NCBI GenBank assembly: GCA_015680685.1
Contig: MNCI01002657.1
Span: forward strand, 163,858 to 227,857
Reading direction: 5' to 3'
Source of the DNA: Gnetum montanum
Taxonomy: Eukaryota > Plantae > Gnetophyta
Length of the DNA stretch: 64,000 bases
The position numbers and the translations under genes were made by a program. Of this stretch, positions 1-13,563 are shown piece by piece (position 1 is the first letter of the stretch; each line of letters begins with the position of its first letter). The notes under the pieces are model-generated. The model saw only the letters and a program-made list of their open reading frames with translations. It had not been told where the DNA came from and searched no databases.

Positions 1-1261
1 TTTCACCACACAATCGTAATTCAATGGAACCAATACAACCAATTTTAAGTGTAACATATAATTGTCTAGTAATCCAGTAGTGATATCACTTAGTTCACCT
101 AGTAGCATGTTGCATGGTAATTTCAATAGCAATTATACTAGTCTAGGACATGTATGAAAAACTCAAAAAAGACACTCATTGCTTCAAGCTTAACTAGGAA
201 TTCACCTTCTTGATGATTAGATCAGTTACTTAATTTCTACATTGTTTGTTTAATGGTTGCAATAACATTATATCACGTACCTCACTTTGGGTTAAACTAT
301 ACATATTAAATCATAACTAATCTTAATAACTCTTTAGAAGCTACACCTTGTCCATCCATATAATATGATCAAGTCACTCACAATACTTGTAATTTGTATA
401 ATTAGACATAGAGACTACTCAACCACTCATCACTTTCCCAGTAACAATTAATTTTCTTCTTTTAAATTATAAAGTTCAACTATAAAAATGTCCATCTAAA
501 TGACTACATAGACATCTCTAAAACAAATGAGCTTTTCCTTCCCATGTTTTTAAGTTTCATCTTTCTTCAATGCCCATTAAGTATTGTAATTTGAATTTTT
601 CTTATTATTAGGAGGGTGTTGAATCTTTAAAAATAAATAATATTATTAAATAAAATTCAAAGTACATCAAATCATTGAAGAAAAAGTCTAAAGAAAAAGC
701 CTAACAATTTTGAAAATGTCTTTTCATGTTTTCATCTTTACAACCAATCCTAAAAAACCTCCCCTCTATGGTAGAAAAAAGATCAAGCCTTTTCCTTATT
801 TAGAAGCACCCTCATGGGTTTTCACTTCTTACTAAGGGTTTCCTGTAAAGAGAAGAAGAAAACTCTTTCTAAATGAAAATGAATACATCAATCAGAAATA
901 AAGAACAAATAGCAACAAAAGCTAAAAGGTTCATATCCTAAAGCCACCAAAACAAAAAGAAATTAATATTGTAGAAAAAAATTCATTGTTTAGCTTTTAC
1001 TATAAGCTTTTTTGCTTGAAATTGTAGCTTAAAAGTGACATCTTTGAGTATTTGGAACTTAACAATTGAAAAAGTTGATAGTTATGTCTCCAATTACCAA
1101 TATGTTAAGAAGATTAATAGGCATGTAGTTACCAATATGTTGAATATCTCCATTCTTAGAAAGAAGATAAACCACACATTTATTAATATTTTTACTAAGA
1201 GAAACGTTTGTACTGGCTTCTTAGAAAACATAAAATAAATCATGTTCAATGATATCCTAAT
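1..1261 (-). mobile_element. Highly decayed L1-type LINE, RT portion (continuation of 40562-42400, split by element A)
   Basis: Minus-strand remnants resembling L1 RT motifs: PINLLNI (cf. RPISLLN) near 1100-1125 and LNKEKA (cf. LDxEKAFD) near 785-805. Joined to the 40.5-42.4 kb LINE part by the CTAAT TSD. Confidence 0.45.
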
Positions 1262-2150
1262 TGATAAAGTCAAATTTCATCACAATGCAACATCCTAGCA
1301 ATGACATTGTATCAACAATGTCCTTGATACTATGTCACCACTCATGATACATCATCATTGATACAATGTCTCAGGATGTCTGCACCCCTATAAATATGAT
1401 ACTTGGACATGTAATCCAACAAATTTTCATTCCACTAGTAATAGAACTCTTGCATTTTGATTTCTTAGACTTAGACTTAATGATAAAGAGTGAATGCTCG
1501 TAGTGTGATGTGTGATAGTTGAATGATGTCTTTATTTGAACAAGTTGTACTTGGGCACAAGTTGTGATGGCAATAAAGATTGAGAATATTTCCCGTCATT
1601 GTATCATTCTCCTAGTTTCTTTTATTTACTTAGCATAATTTTCACTATTTTACGAACTTAATACTTTACTTTCTTAAGCACTTTATTTCTACTTGTCAAT
1701 AGTAAGCGATATGGATACAACTGATTCGATTGCTAAGTGTGATAATTTGGTAACCCCAACAATATTATCACTTTCTTCATCCAATAGCATAATACTTAGT
1801 AATCCTATGATGATGCATGAGCCCAAGGTGTGTCTTGTAAATCAAGAATAGTTACCCATCACGATAGACTAAAATAGGTTTATGCCTTCTTAGTTAGCTA
1901 GAATTAGATATTTTTCAATCATGTTTATAGCTAGGAATTATTTGAGCCTTACAACATCATTTTTCATATGCCTCATTGAGAGCTAAACCATACACATTGT
2001 ACCTCACTAGCTCAAGGTGGAAGGATAGCAATCATGAGATTAAACTCAATTACTAGCATAACAACATTGTTTATCTATGGATTATGATTGGGTCACATGT
2101 GAATACTTGTGACTTGTATGGTTAAGTGTTGGATGCTCCACCACTCATCA
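1262..2150 (+). repeat. 5' LTR of element A
   Basis: TGATAAAG...CTCATCA; aligns with 39671-40556; TATAAAT near 1389. Confidence 0.93.
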
Positions 2151-2151
2151 T

Positions 2152-2169
2152 TGGCACTGCTGCTAGGGA
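2152..2169 (+). promoter_or_regulatory. Primer binding site (tRNA-Asp type) of element A
   Basis: TGGCACTGCTGCTAGGGA, a transition-decayed TGGCGCCGTTGCCGGGGA, lies 1 nt after the LTR end. Confidence 0.8.
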
Positions 2170-2288
2170 TGTGTCAATGTGTGCTGAGTAATTGATTTTA
2201 CAAAGTTCATTGTATCAAGAACTCTAACATCATTCTCTAAATCATTAAAACAATTTAAATAAACATAGTTAAGTGTCACACTAATAAC

Positions 2289-5200
2289 ATGGCTTCAACT
2301 AAAGATAAACTATCACCTGCCAAAGAGATGAAAAGAGGCAATGATAGAATCAATGACGATGAAGACTAAAGTATGCCAATAAAAACAAGAATCTCATACA
2401 TTTACAATAATTCCTAATATTCTAATTTCACCTTCATCTTTCACCAACATGGGTAGTTAAGGTGGAGAGACTTGTAAGGCAACATCAGTTTGCCTCTAAA
2501 GAATTCAACAACCACAATGCTTCAAATAGCTTTAGGATGAATGCATCCGAGTCATGTGCAAAAAGGCTATCATGTGACCAAACACATGACAAGACCCTAC
2601 CAACCCATAAAGGCATAAGCATAGAGAGTGCTGCTATGGAAACCAAACATGTTCAGAACAAAGAAAAATAGATAAACTCTCTTGTTATCCTAGAAGAACT
2701 TGATGGAGATGTGTTTGCAGCAGAAAAGCTTCATCAGGATCATGAAGTCCATTCTCAAACATTTGTTATTCATCTAGAAGAACTTTTCAGAGTGCAACTA
2801 CATTCATCCTTAGTAGAGATACCCAGAAGAGAAGCAACAAACTCTAAGTACAAGTAGGACTCAAGGCCAAGAGCTTCTATTGGATCTCAAAGGGAAGAAT
2901 ATCAAAGTCACAGAAGAACTAGCCAGAACTATTCTTTTACAACTTCATCTTCATCCTCATGATCATTAGTGAACTCTGACCTAAGGAAACATGGGTATAG
3001 AGATCATGACAAGAGGAGACGCTAAACTCATGACTGACATGACTATCTCCCAAGACATTCTAATGAGGAAGAAGAAGAGCATGAGCTAAGAAGAAATAGG
3101 GATAGATGTGCAGAAAGAGAAACGTGTGAGTACGAAAGGAGGCACCACTGTAATAGAGCATACAAACCCTATGAGCATGAAGAACCCTTGTTGGAAACTC
3201 ATAGCATGAAAAATATAAGGAAAGCTATTTACATTCCAACCAGGCACGTAAAGGACAACCATATTAAGCAGCTAGACATGAACAACATGCACAAATTTAA
3301 GGGTGGATACAATGCAAATCTACAACACCACCTTTAAGCATTCCATCATGCCTATGTCCTACAGAACATAGAAAGTGATTGGCAAAAACTTAAGTTATTT
3401 CCTCAAACACTCATCAAAGAGGCTAAAAGCTAGTATTGATCATTGGAGCTAGAATCAATAAAAAGATGGAGTACCATGCATGAACGTTTTAATGACAAAT
3501 ATCAAACCTACTCCTATGTGTCTAATCTTAGGAAACAAATCACAAGTTGGAAACAAGGGATCCATGAATCCCTTGATGCAGTAATGGGAAAGTACTATTC
3601 ACTTTTCTACATAGGTGTCCAAGTCACAGATTTTCCCAAAGGGAGCAACTTAGACACATAGTTGATGGGCTATAAAATAAAACTAGGAAAACCCTTTGGG
3701 ATAATGCCCAAGGAAGATTGTCTAAGATGATCACCCATCACATCCAAAGACTCATTAATCAAGTGGCAAAGGAAGAAGGTAAACTAAAGAAGAGAGAATC
3801 AACAAAGAAGTACAATAGAGATCCATCTATTAGAAAGAGAGATGTACAAGTGTGCGACCAACATGACGTGGAAACCTTGAAGGAGGTAATACAAAAGAAG
3901 ATAATACCTATTTAGAAATCTATTATAGATATAGAAAAATAGGTAGAAAAGGTGTGGGATTTAGTAGATGAAAATTTTGCAATAGCTTTAAAAATTATGG
4001 AGGAAAGAACTACACAAGCCTTCAGCTAAGGATAGGAGAAGAAGAAGAAAAGAGATTTCAGATGAAAAGGAAAGGTAACTTCTGTGGTAGACTATTTAGG
4101 TACAAGCTCAAATGAGAAGGAAGGATATTCTGTGTGCTAATATGACCATCCTAAGGGGTGTTGCCATGACATGACACATTTGCAAGAAGTGGGGACATAT
4201 GCATTAAACCCAAGATTTATCAAGAAGAAAATGCCTAAACGGTCACCTTATCCTCAAGGTAACTACCGACAAACCTTCCAACAAGCTTACTACCCTAGTG
4301 GAGCTTATCTGTAGCCATAGGAGCAGTATCATCAATAGTGGCAATAATCACAATCATGGGCAATGCCTCCACCATAACAATGGTATCCATAGCGACAACC
4401 AAACCCTTATGGATACCATGTTCAATCTTTAATTTCTCTAGGGAACACAGTGGTTTAAACTCCTCAATATTACCCACTAGAATACCATAAGCCAACACCT
4501 CCTAGGATGGACTCCAACCTACATGTGCATCCACAAGTAGCTACTTCATTAAATCAAACTCCTAACCCTTTACTGCCTGTTCCACCACTTGTAATGAAGG
4601 GAGAATTTCCATCTCAACATCAACTAGAAAACACAATTAGGGCAGTGAACATGTAGGAAGAGGTAGTCATGCAGGAACCATAATCTAGGAAATGATCGTT
4701 CATCTAAATGAGTCCCAAGTAGGTTCAAAGGATGGGGAACACATCTACTTCCACTCCATCCACATCCAATCCTCCTAGACATAGAAAGCTTCCATCATTG
4801 CCTAATACAAATGTGACAGCTGTCATCTTGACATAGACCATTCCTCATTAGATCAAGGTAGGAGCACTTCCTCAAAAATGAACAGATCTAGGAAGTCCCT
4901 TCATATACCTTCAAGTAGCAAGGCAAAAATCATGCAAGGCTCTACTCAATTTTTGATTAAGAGTGAATCCAATATCACAAGATATGTATCAAGCCTAAAA
5001 TCTATTACTATTAAAGGAAAGCAACATTTAGCTAGAGCTTGTGAACCAATTGATCACAGTTCCACTAAGACAAGTGGATAATGTGATTACTACCATCAAT
5101 GGCTAGTCTTACCCTACTAATTCTTTAGTCATTCATGTAGGAAAAAAGAAGGGAGAGTCCCCACTCATAATGGGAAGGGCTTGGCTTAGCATTGTGGATG

Positions 5201-5884
5201 CTAAGCTTGGTATCAGATATTTATCCCTGGAAATTTCCAAAGAAGATGAAGCTAGGATTATTCAGCGAAGTAGAGTTCCATGTATCACATATAGTGATAA
5301 CAGGTGCAATTTCATGCAAAATATATGGGCAATCAAATATGAGGATAATATAGCATGCAACAAATATGTTGAAAAAATGTGTGTGTGAAAATGCTTGTAT
5401 GCAGCAACCACCCAACAAGAAGGTACCCAACGACTAATCAATGATAGTAAAAATAAATCAAAAATATACATGGAATCAAAAAATGAAATAATAAGTGCCT
5501 ACATAGAAGAATTTGATTAATTACAAGAACTAAGAAGAATACATCCTTATCCACATGTAGGTTAAGAAGAAGAGATAGATTAGGGATAGTTATAGATCCT
5601 AGATAAAGTTAAACCAAAATCGCTAGTACTAAAGGCTCTACCAACAGCACTTGAATATGCTTTCTTGAATAATCCAAAGCTAGTTATAATTAACACCAAC
5701 CTAGATAAAGAGAAGAAGAAGAAGTTGTTGAAAATAGTCAACAAGTGGCCAAAATCATTCACATGGTCTTATGATGAGATCACAGGAATCGATCCTAGAA
5801 TTTGTCAACATCAGATATATACTGATCTAGGGGTAAAACCACAATGCCAACTATAGGACTAAATCCAAAATTCAAAGAAGTAGT
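2289..5884 (+). pseudogene. Decayed gag-protease-RT(N-terminal) region of element A
   Basis: Gag-like KLFPQTL/WSTMHERF; post-protease MGRAWLSIVDAKL; pre-RT FTWSYDEITGIDPRICQHQI. Many stops; breaks at 5885. Confidence 0.75.
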
Positions 5885-7476
5885 TGTTGGTGACTATTTG
5901 GGACCACCAAAATTTTGAACCTCCAGTCACACAAATTTTGAGTCACGGAAAATGAAGGTGTTCTTCAAATAGGGTTTAGGTGTTTACTAGTCCCTGGAAA
6001 CACAAAGGCTTGGATACCTCCAAATAAACTCAATGGTTATGAAATGAACTAAACATAAATATGTATTTACTATTGTGAATGTTGAAATGGTGGGGTTTGT
6101 GTATGAAACTGTAACTGGATATCATTAAAAAATTTAGCTAACTTTGTCAAATACTTGTGAGTTACTGAAAGGTTCATATTTTGTCAAATCACTTAGTCTA
6201 TATAATCCCCATAGTACATTACTTTTAACAAATAAAATTTTGCAAAAATATTTAAGCACAATTCTAACAATCTACTCCTAATCTTTCCTAGAGATAAAAT
6301 TCCACAAGAAAACTAAAAATAGAGTGAGATTCAAAGGATTTAGAAACAGAAAAGAAAAGAAAGCAATATTGTATGAATCTCAAACATTTAAGCAAGATAA
6401 ATTAACATGAGGAAATACTTTGCAATAAAGGTATTCCAATTCAATCTATTATGAATTGTCAAAACCCTCTAAGCTCAATAAGAAATTTCATAACAGACAC
6501 TCTTATTTAACTACAAAAATGTTTTATAAACAACAAAGTACAAGCTTCTATTTGGCTAGTTAATATTGTTCAAGAATTGTACATAATAGACCTTTCAGAA
6601 AAATTTGACAATTTCCATATTACAATATTAAGGTAATAAAATTTAAATATAAAAACACTATTTTAATCATCTCAAAGTATTAAAGATTTTCTAGATTCCC
6701 TAAACTCAAATAGGCAATTTCTATAAGACATTACTATTAAATAGCTCAAGATGCTTTTCTAATATAACATAACCTCTTATTTGGTAAACATTAATATAAG
6801 TCTAATATTATGCAACAACAAAGTTATAAATACAACCTAGAAAAATCCCAAAATTAAATGTCAACCACGTTACTATCTAAACCATTAGCTAAACAACTAA
6901 AAGAAAATGGAAAGAAAAGAACTTACATGATTAAAAAAAAGTAGTTGAATTGATAAATTAGCAAGCCATCTTACAATATTCAATATCTTCTTCTTGATCT
7001 TCCACTAATTTGTTTTTATTCTACCCTTGAAGCCCTCTTTATAGTGGCTTCTAGGTAGTTAAAAATATCATGAAAAATTAAGGTAGGTTACAAACATTAT
7101 GGGGGTTAGTTATAACCATCATAGATGTCAATGCTATACTTGATAAGTGTTTGGTTGTTACAACTGCCATGGAGATTAAGAAGCTATAGTTGACAAGTGT
7201 TCGATTTGGTGGTTGCAACATCATGGGAAATTAAAATTAGATTGCAACCATTAAGTAAAGTTACAACCACTATAGGGAAAGCTACAACTACCATGGAAGT
7301 TAATTATAACTACCATAATTATTAAAAGCTACAATTGACACTTGTTTTCATTGAACAACTCTCCTATAAATCCTATTTTTCCTAATTAACAATTATTTTT
7401 TAAAAGAAAAATTAAATACTTCTTAGTTTACATTGAACTAAAAGCTATATAGTAGCTATGTATTTTATTGAATATT
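5885..7476 (-). mobile_element. LTR-like fragment inserted into the RT of element A
   Basis: Abrupt TGTTGG terminus at 5885 interrupting A's coding frame; minus-strand TATA (CTATAAAGAGGG near 7030-7045); repeated GTTACAAC motifs at 7085-7330. The other end was not found. Confidence 0.45.
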
Positions 7477-8746
7477 TGTCATACACCCATGAATAGAAAA
7501 TGATGGCAACCTCTTCAATAAGACCATATAAGCAAGGCTTTGATATAGTCAATGACATTTCTCCTTTTGTTTAAATAATATCATCCAGACCCACCTAGGG
7601 TTGCAAGGCCCATGGAAATGAGTTGGACTACTGATGAGTGGCGAGGTACCCCTATACTCAACCATACGAAACGAGCGTAGCACGTGTGATCTGATCGAAC
7701 TCCATAGACTAAGTGCCTACACACCCCATGGAACACTTGGGGTTAATCATTCGTTGTCTTCCCAGACTTACTTGTAGTTTTCACGGTGTATGGTTAAGTA
7801 AGTCCGAGGTATATGATTTTTATATCTTTTTATGTTTTTCTCCTATGCTATTGAGGTGAAGGGTTGAGAAACTAACTAACTCTAACTAATGACTAAGTCT
7901 AAATTAACCTAGCGTCAACATCTATTCCCACTTCCCGTATACACCCTAAACCAATGCAACCGTGGCTACCAAACGCTAATCATTGCTGGGATCACCAACC
8001 GTAATGCACATGCTCGAAGTGGTCATACTGAGGTACTTAACTAGGAGGAAAGGGTTGAGAGAATCTAATCTAGCCTAAGTGCGATGGGTAGCTGATTCCT
8101 TGACTAACCATACACATCTTGGTGCACGACTATCACTGGGATTACCAAGCGCAGATCTTGAATACGCCACTAGGTTACCAAGCAGTCACACTATATGCTT
8201 GTAATCAAGTCGTACTCATACCACGTTGCGATGAGCAGCCGATTCCTTGACTATCCGTACACATCCTTAGATGCTCATAATCAAGTTGTACTCATACCGC
8301 ATTCTAGGATTTTAAGGGTAAGAGAGAAAACAATAAATAAAATCCTATTCCATGCATTGCAAGGTTTATCCAGGAAGTTCGTCTTTATTTCCATACACAA
8401 CTTGTGTTCAGGTACACTGTTTCTTGAATAAAGATCCATTCACTTTAGGACTCCTACTGCAGGCACATGGAAAATATTCTATCTCTAGAGTGATCAAACT
8501 GCCAGAGTTTCCCTACTTCTAACTCAGGATGGGGAAACAAGGGAGAGCTACCTCTTATTTATAGATATGGCGTTGGACCACGATATCTCATACACGATAT
8601 CGCAGGGGACGATGCAATATCGCAAGGGATGCGATATTGCAGCTCATGCAAATCACGTCTCATCATACCCCCATGACTAATTGCAAACCTCTAGCAACGT
8701 TAGAATGGAGAAAGAAAAGGAGTAAGAAAGATAGATAAAAAGGGAC
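7477..8746 (-). mobile_element. Second LTR-like fragment, CpG-richer, ending at an N gap
   Basis: TGTCATACACCC terminus; minus-strand TATA near 8553-8563 next to CGATATC(G) motif repeats at 8580-8640; N at 8747. Confidence 0.4.
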
Positions 8747-9893
8747 NCAAACCTGGTGTTCATGACAACAAGGATGAACACCTTATTACAATGACATTAG
8801 GCCTTAATTGGAAGCTGAGAAAGAAAGAGAGAGAGAGAAAGAAGTGTTGCTGCCACCAATGCCAAGATTGCACCTTTCGTTGTCCATATAAAAGTGCATC
8901 ATTGATCNCCCACATTCAAAGAGTCTGTAGGCTCCGGGAATGTCATAGAGAACAAGAGTTAAAGTCTTAACCATAAGAATTTACCAAAAAGAAAACAATG
9001 TATCTACCAAAATATACACTAATGATACAACCAGCAACGAGGTAAACAATGGAGAGAAGGATGGAGAGAAGAGGATGGAGTGGAATCCCAAGAACAAGGT
9101 GGTGTACAACCCCTTGTGTGTTTCATGATTAATGTGATTGGGCAAATCTCATTCCAACTCTGGCCTCAAACCAACCACATCCAGTGACTTCGCATCAATG
9201 CATTCAGCCAAACCATCCACTTGAAGTAACAAGAATGCACCTCCAAAAGTCACCACCATTCCGACAAAACAAAGGAGAGAATGGGAAGCGAGAAGGGCCT
9301 TAGTAAGAAGGAACACTTTTGGTTCCATAACCAGTGCTTGTAGCCCAAGTTTATTTCATCTAAGGGAGGTGCTTTGAATTCTCACTTAGTTTTATTTTTT
9401 ATTTTATTTTTTTGTGTTTATGCATGAGAACCACACCATGCAAAGACTTTTTATTTTTATTGTTTCAGCTTCCGATAATTGGGTAACATCGGAACGGTAA
9501 GAAAACTCAAGAAGAAAACATCCAAGCACCCAAGAGAATGGCTAACAAAAAAGCATCAAGTTCCCTTGAAGTCACACCCTTTTCAAACCTTGAGTTCTTC
9601 CTTAGTTTGAGAACTACCCAGTCACCAATTCGTTTAAGTTCTTATTAAGAAAGGGATTGTACATTTCCAAGCCAAGAGAGACCATAGAGCATTGTGGATG
9701 GATGGATGAAGTGAACTCATTTCCTGCCATAACAAAAGAACATACCTTAGTATCAACATCATAACTTAAGGTAAAAATCAAACATTAGCAATCAATATGA
9801 AAACAGTTCATACCATCATTCTGAACACTTATTGGGTGACAAACTTACAGGATGGATCACACACACACACACAAAATGGAAAAAGTATAACGA

Positions 9894-10028
9894 TGTTGTA
9901 AAACAAAAACAAGAAAAGTTAAAGAAAGTTGTAAAACAAAAACAAGAAAAGTTAAAGAAATTTGTAAAACAAAAATGTGTAAGAAAAAAACATTGTAAAA
10001 CAAAAACGTGTAAAACAAAAATGTAAAA
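9894..10028 (+). repeat. A-rich degenerate tandem repeat (TGTAAAACAAAAA core)
   Basis: GTTGTAAAACAAAAACAAGAAAAGTTAAAGAAA occurs twice, followed by shorter copies. Confidence 0.7.
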
Positions 10029-10096
10029 AGAACTAAGGGCCCCATATGATTAGCATAGGTGGCCATCTCCCCCATGATTAGCATAGGTAGATATCA

Positions 10097-11966
10097 AAGG
10101 AGGAAAAGGTGTATATGGTCATTATCTACCATTGCCAATCCCAAATTCTCCTTGGGAAAGTGTTTCTTTGGACTTTGTTTGTGACATTCCTAAGACAAAA
10201 TCTGGTCATGACTCTATACTTGTTGTAGTAGATAGATTTACCAAGATACCGTATTTTATTCCATGCAAAAAAAAAGTAGTAATGCTTCCTATGTTACATA
10301 TCTATTCTTTCAACATGTTGTCAGGCTACATGGCATTTCTTTAAACATTGTGAGTGATAGGAATGCCAAGTTTACTAGTCATTTTTGGAGATCAATTTAA
10401 AAATTACTTGGAACCAAGTTTTTTTTTTCCATAGCCTATCACCCCCAAACTAATCAGCAAACTAAATTTGTGAATAAGTCTCTGCTAAATATAGTAAGAT
10501 ATTTATCTGAGGATCAGCCTCAAAGGTGTAAAAACATATTGGTCCATGCTGAATTCTCATATAATAAAGCTTCTCATTCTAGCATTGGTAAGAGGACCTT
10601 TATGAAAATTTATGGATTTTCACCAAGAATGGTTGATGAGTTATGAAAATTTGAAGATTTTCCTCTTTGAGTTCAAACTTTGTTGAGAAAAGGAGAGGAT
10701 TGCATCAACAAGTTAAATCTCATTTAGAGAAAAAGATAAAGATTATGTCTTCTAAGGCCAATGAAGGCAACAGGACAATTAATTTCCAGATTGGTGATTA
10801 TGTTTGGATTTACTTTAGGAAAGAAAGGCAACAAAATGTGCACTTCTACAAGCTCAATTCAAAGAGAATTAATCCATTTTAGATCAAGGCCAAAATCAAT
10901 CCAAATGCTTATGAGATTAACTTACCTAATGATTTGCCTATTTTTTGTGTTTTTAATGTTTCAGATTTGAGCCCATATCATGGGAATGTCATTGCATCAG
11001 ACTTGAGGGATAGTCTTAAAATCCTCAAGGATGTCCTTGAAGACTCAAACTCGGCCAAGCAACCAAGGAAATCAATTGTGCTACAAGCAAGGGAGGCTAG
11101 GAGCATAAGAGGCAGAAAAGTGCATGAGTACTTGGTGCATTGGAATGATGAAGGGTCTAAAAATGTCATTTGGATCCATAAAAATAATTTGGTTTTGTGG
11201 GGGCTTAGTGTTATCCCAAGCATATAGCCAACTTGATGGCAAGTTCAAATTCTTAAGGCTAGAAGAGATGATGAGGACATCACCCAGCCCATGTCTAAAC
11301 TTCAATATGTTTGTGCATAGATGTTTGTGTATTTTTGTGTTTGTCTTTCAGTGTTGTTTTTTTATGATGATCTCAAGGTATTTTGGCATGTTTCAGAATA
11401 TTTTGGGATTATTTTGATAACTTTAGGCTATTTCAAGGGCTATGGGGACTTGTTGGAAGGTTTCTAGAGGTTCCAAACCTCAAAACAAACATCTTTAACT
11501 TTGACCCTAGTAGAAAAGACATCTTTACTAATGGTTAGATGTATTCTCTGATAACTCTCCACTTGGGAAAGACATCTCCTATTTTTCAAAGATGTCTTCT
11601 TTGGATTATAACAGACATTAACTTGAATGATCAATTGGAAGGAAGATGAAGAGACAAGGAGTGAAAAGGTATAAATAGGCCTCTTGGCCCTTTAATTTGA
11701 TAAAGAGAGTTTGAAGAGTAAAGAGAGGGATAGAGTCTTAGCATGGTGCCTTGATCATAATCAATGTGAGTGTTTGTTTCCTTTGATTGAGTGTGTGAGA
11801 GTTGGATTAAATCTCTTATCTATCCTTGGGAATTTTTGCTTCTTTTTAGCTGTAATTTCTCCATTTGAGCAAGAATAAAGATTTCATTTTCTGTTCTTGT
11901 TCAAATTTTTTGTTGTTGTAACATTGAGAGAGCTTGGACTATGGAATCCATGGGAGCTCCACATTA
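10097..11966 (+). mobile_element. 3' part of a CRM-like chromovirus (element B): integrase, chromodomain, PPT, 3' LTR
   Basis: PIPNSPWESVSLDFV...DSILVVVDRFTK integrase; VFNVSDLSPY; EYLVHW chromodomain-like segment (10934-11227); purine tract 11256-11268; LTR 11269-11966 homologous to the element D LTRs. Confidence 0.85.
11269..11966 (+). repeat. 3' LTR of element B (same family as element D and the intronic solo LTR)
   Basis: TGATGAGGACATCAC...GGAGCTCCACATTA; reverse complement matches 48084-48884 and 55634-56381. Confidence 0.88.
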
Positions 11967-12965
11967 GATGACATTAAAATTAATTATGGCAAGCTACTTC
12001 TAGCCTACCTTGTTCTAGGATGCTCATACCTTTACACAATCTTGTGAAAAATGTTAAAAACATGAAGGAATAATGGCCAGGAATGAAGGGCTATAGCAAT
12101 GGATACAGCCATTGAACTCATTTGATATATAAGGAACTAACATTATGGGTGTCATCACGCCAATGTCAAATGGGAAGGCTTATATAATTGTGACCATGGA
12201 TTATTGTACCACATGGGCAAAGGAAACAGTAGTCAAGGATTGTATAGCCAAAATAGATACTAGGTTTTTTCAACAACATGTGGTGAACCAAGTTGGAGTA
12301 CCAAGAATTCTTATTTCTAGTAATGAAACTCATTTTACTAGTGCTCCTTTCAAAAAGCTCATGCAACAGCTTGGGGTAAACTATAAGTTGACCACATCAT
12401 ACCATCCCCAAACCAGCAGAAGTAATTAACTATGAGATCACTACAATATTGACTAGGATAATTAGTAGATTTAGAAAGGATTGGAGCACTAAGCTAAATG
12501 ATGATCTATGGGCCTATAGAAAAATGTAAAAATTACCCATTGGATGTTCACCCTATGAGCTAGTTTACGATAAGTTACCCACACTACCAATCCAAGTAGA
12601 GCTTCAAACTCTTGCTACTACCAACCAACTTAACCTAAACATGAGCTTAGCCTAAAGAGAGCACCTAAAAATCCAAATTTGTTAGAAGAAAATAGGCTAG
12701 TAGCACTTATGAGCAATGAGATCCATAAGACCTACTCCAAGCATAGGCATGATGCTCGTATAAGGCAAGTATTAATATAGCTAGGTGAAAAATTCCTCTA
12801 TTATAACCTCAATCATGCCCAACAAAAGGCCAATTTTCAAATGCTTTGGAAGGGATCCTACATCGTTCAAGCAACTTACCCTTCTAGTGCCATGCATATT
12901 CACCATCCATCTATCCCACATAAACTCATCTTGGTAAACATCTAGCTGGTCAAACTTTATAATCA
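11967..12965 (+). pseudogene. Decayed integrase of element A
   Basis: Zinc-finger remnant (DAHTFTQSCEKC); YIIVTMDYCTTW; GVPRILISSNETHF; TTSYHPQT; WKGSYIV (GPY/F-like). Confidence 0.85.
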
Positions 12966-13563
12966 ATATCCCATCTCCACTAAAAGTTCCACCCAATCTG
13001 TCCAAATGTCTTCTACTTGCTCACTTTTCTGATTGACCAATCCTAATCATAGTTGTGAGGGTGCCCACTGGGACACGTAGGTACCTTTTAAAATTTTTCA
13101 CTTTCTTATTACTTTTTCTACATTCTTGATATATTTTCCTTTTCTTTTATAATTTTTCATTTCTTAAAATTTTGATATTCTTTGATATTTTCACATTCTT
13201 TAATATTTTTTCATTCTTTTTATCTTTTCTAATTTTTCATGTTTTGTTCTCATTTTACTTGTACATATTTTTGTTAAAGTTCCAATAAAACACATCAAAT
13301 AAGGCAAGATGTAGTTCCAATAAGGTGAAGATTTCTCTATATTATCAATCATAAAGAACTGATTATCTATACAATGAGATCATGACATCCATCCACACAT
13401 TCCAATAATAAGAGGTTCTTACCATTTCCATAATGATATTCTTCTTATAATAAAACTTAAAATAAACTTGTGATCAATATGACTAGACTGATGAGTGAAA
13501 AACCAAGTGGGAATGTAAAGGGCGTGACATCAATGAGATTTGTGGATTTTCTTGGATCACTAC

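Noticed and set aside
9832-10084. Lys-rich and Phe-rich ORFs on both strands
   Set aside because: Products of an A-rich tandem repeat.
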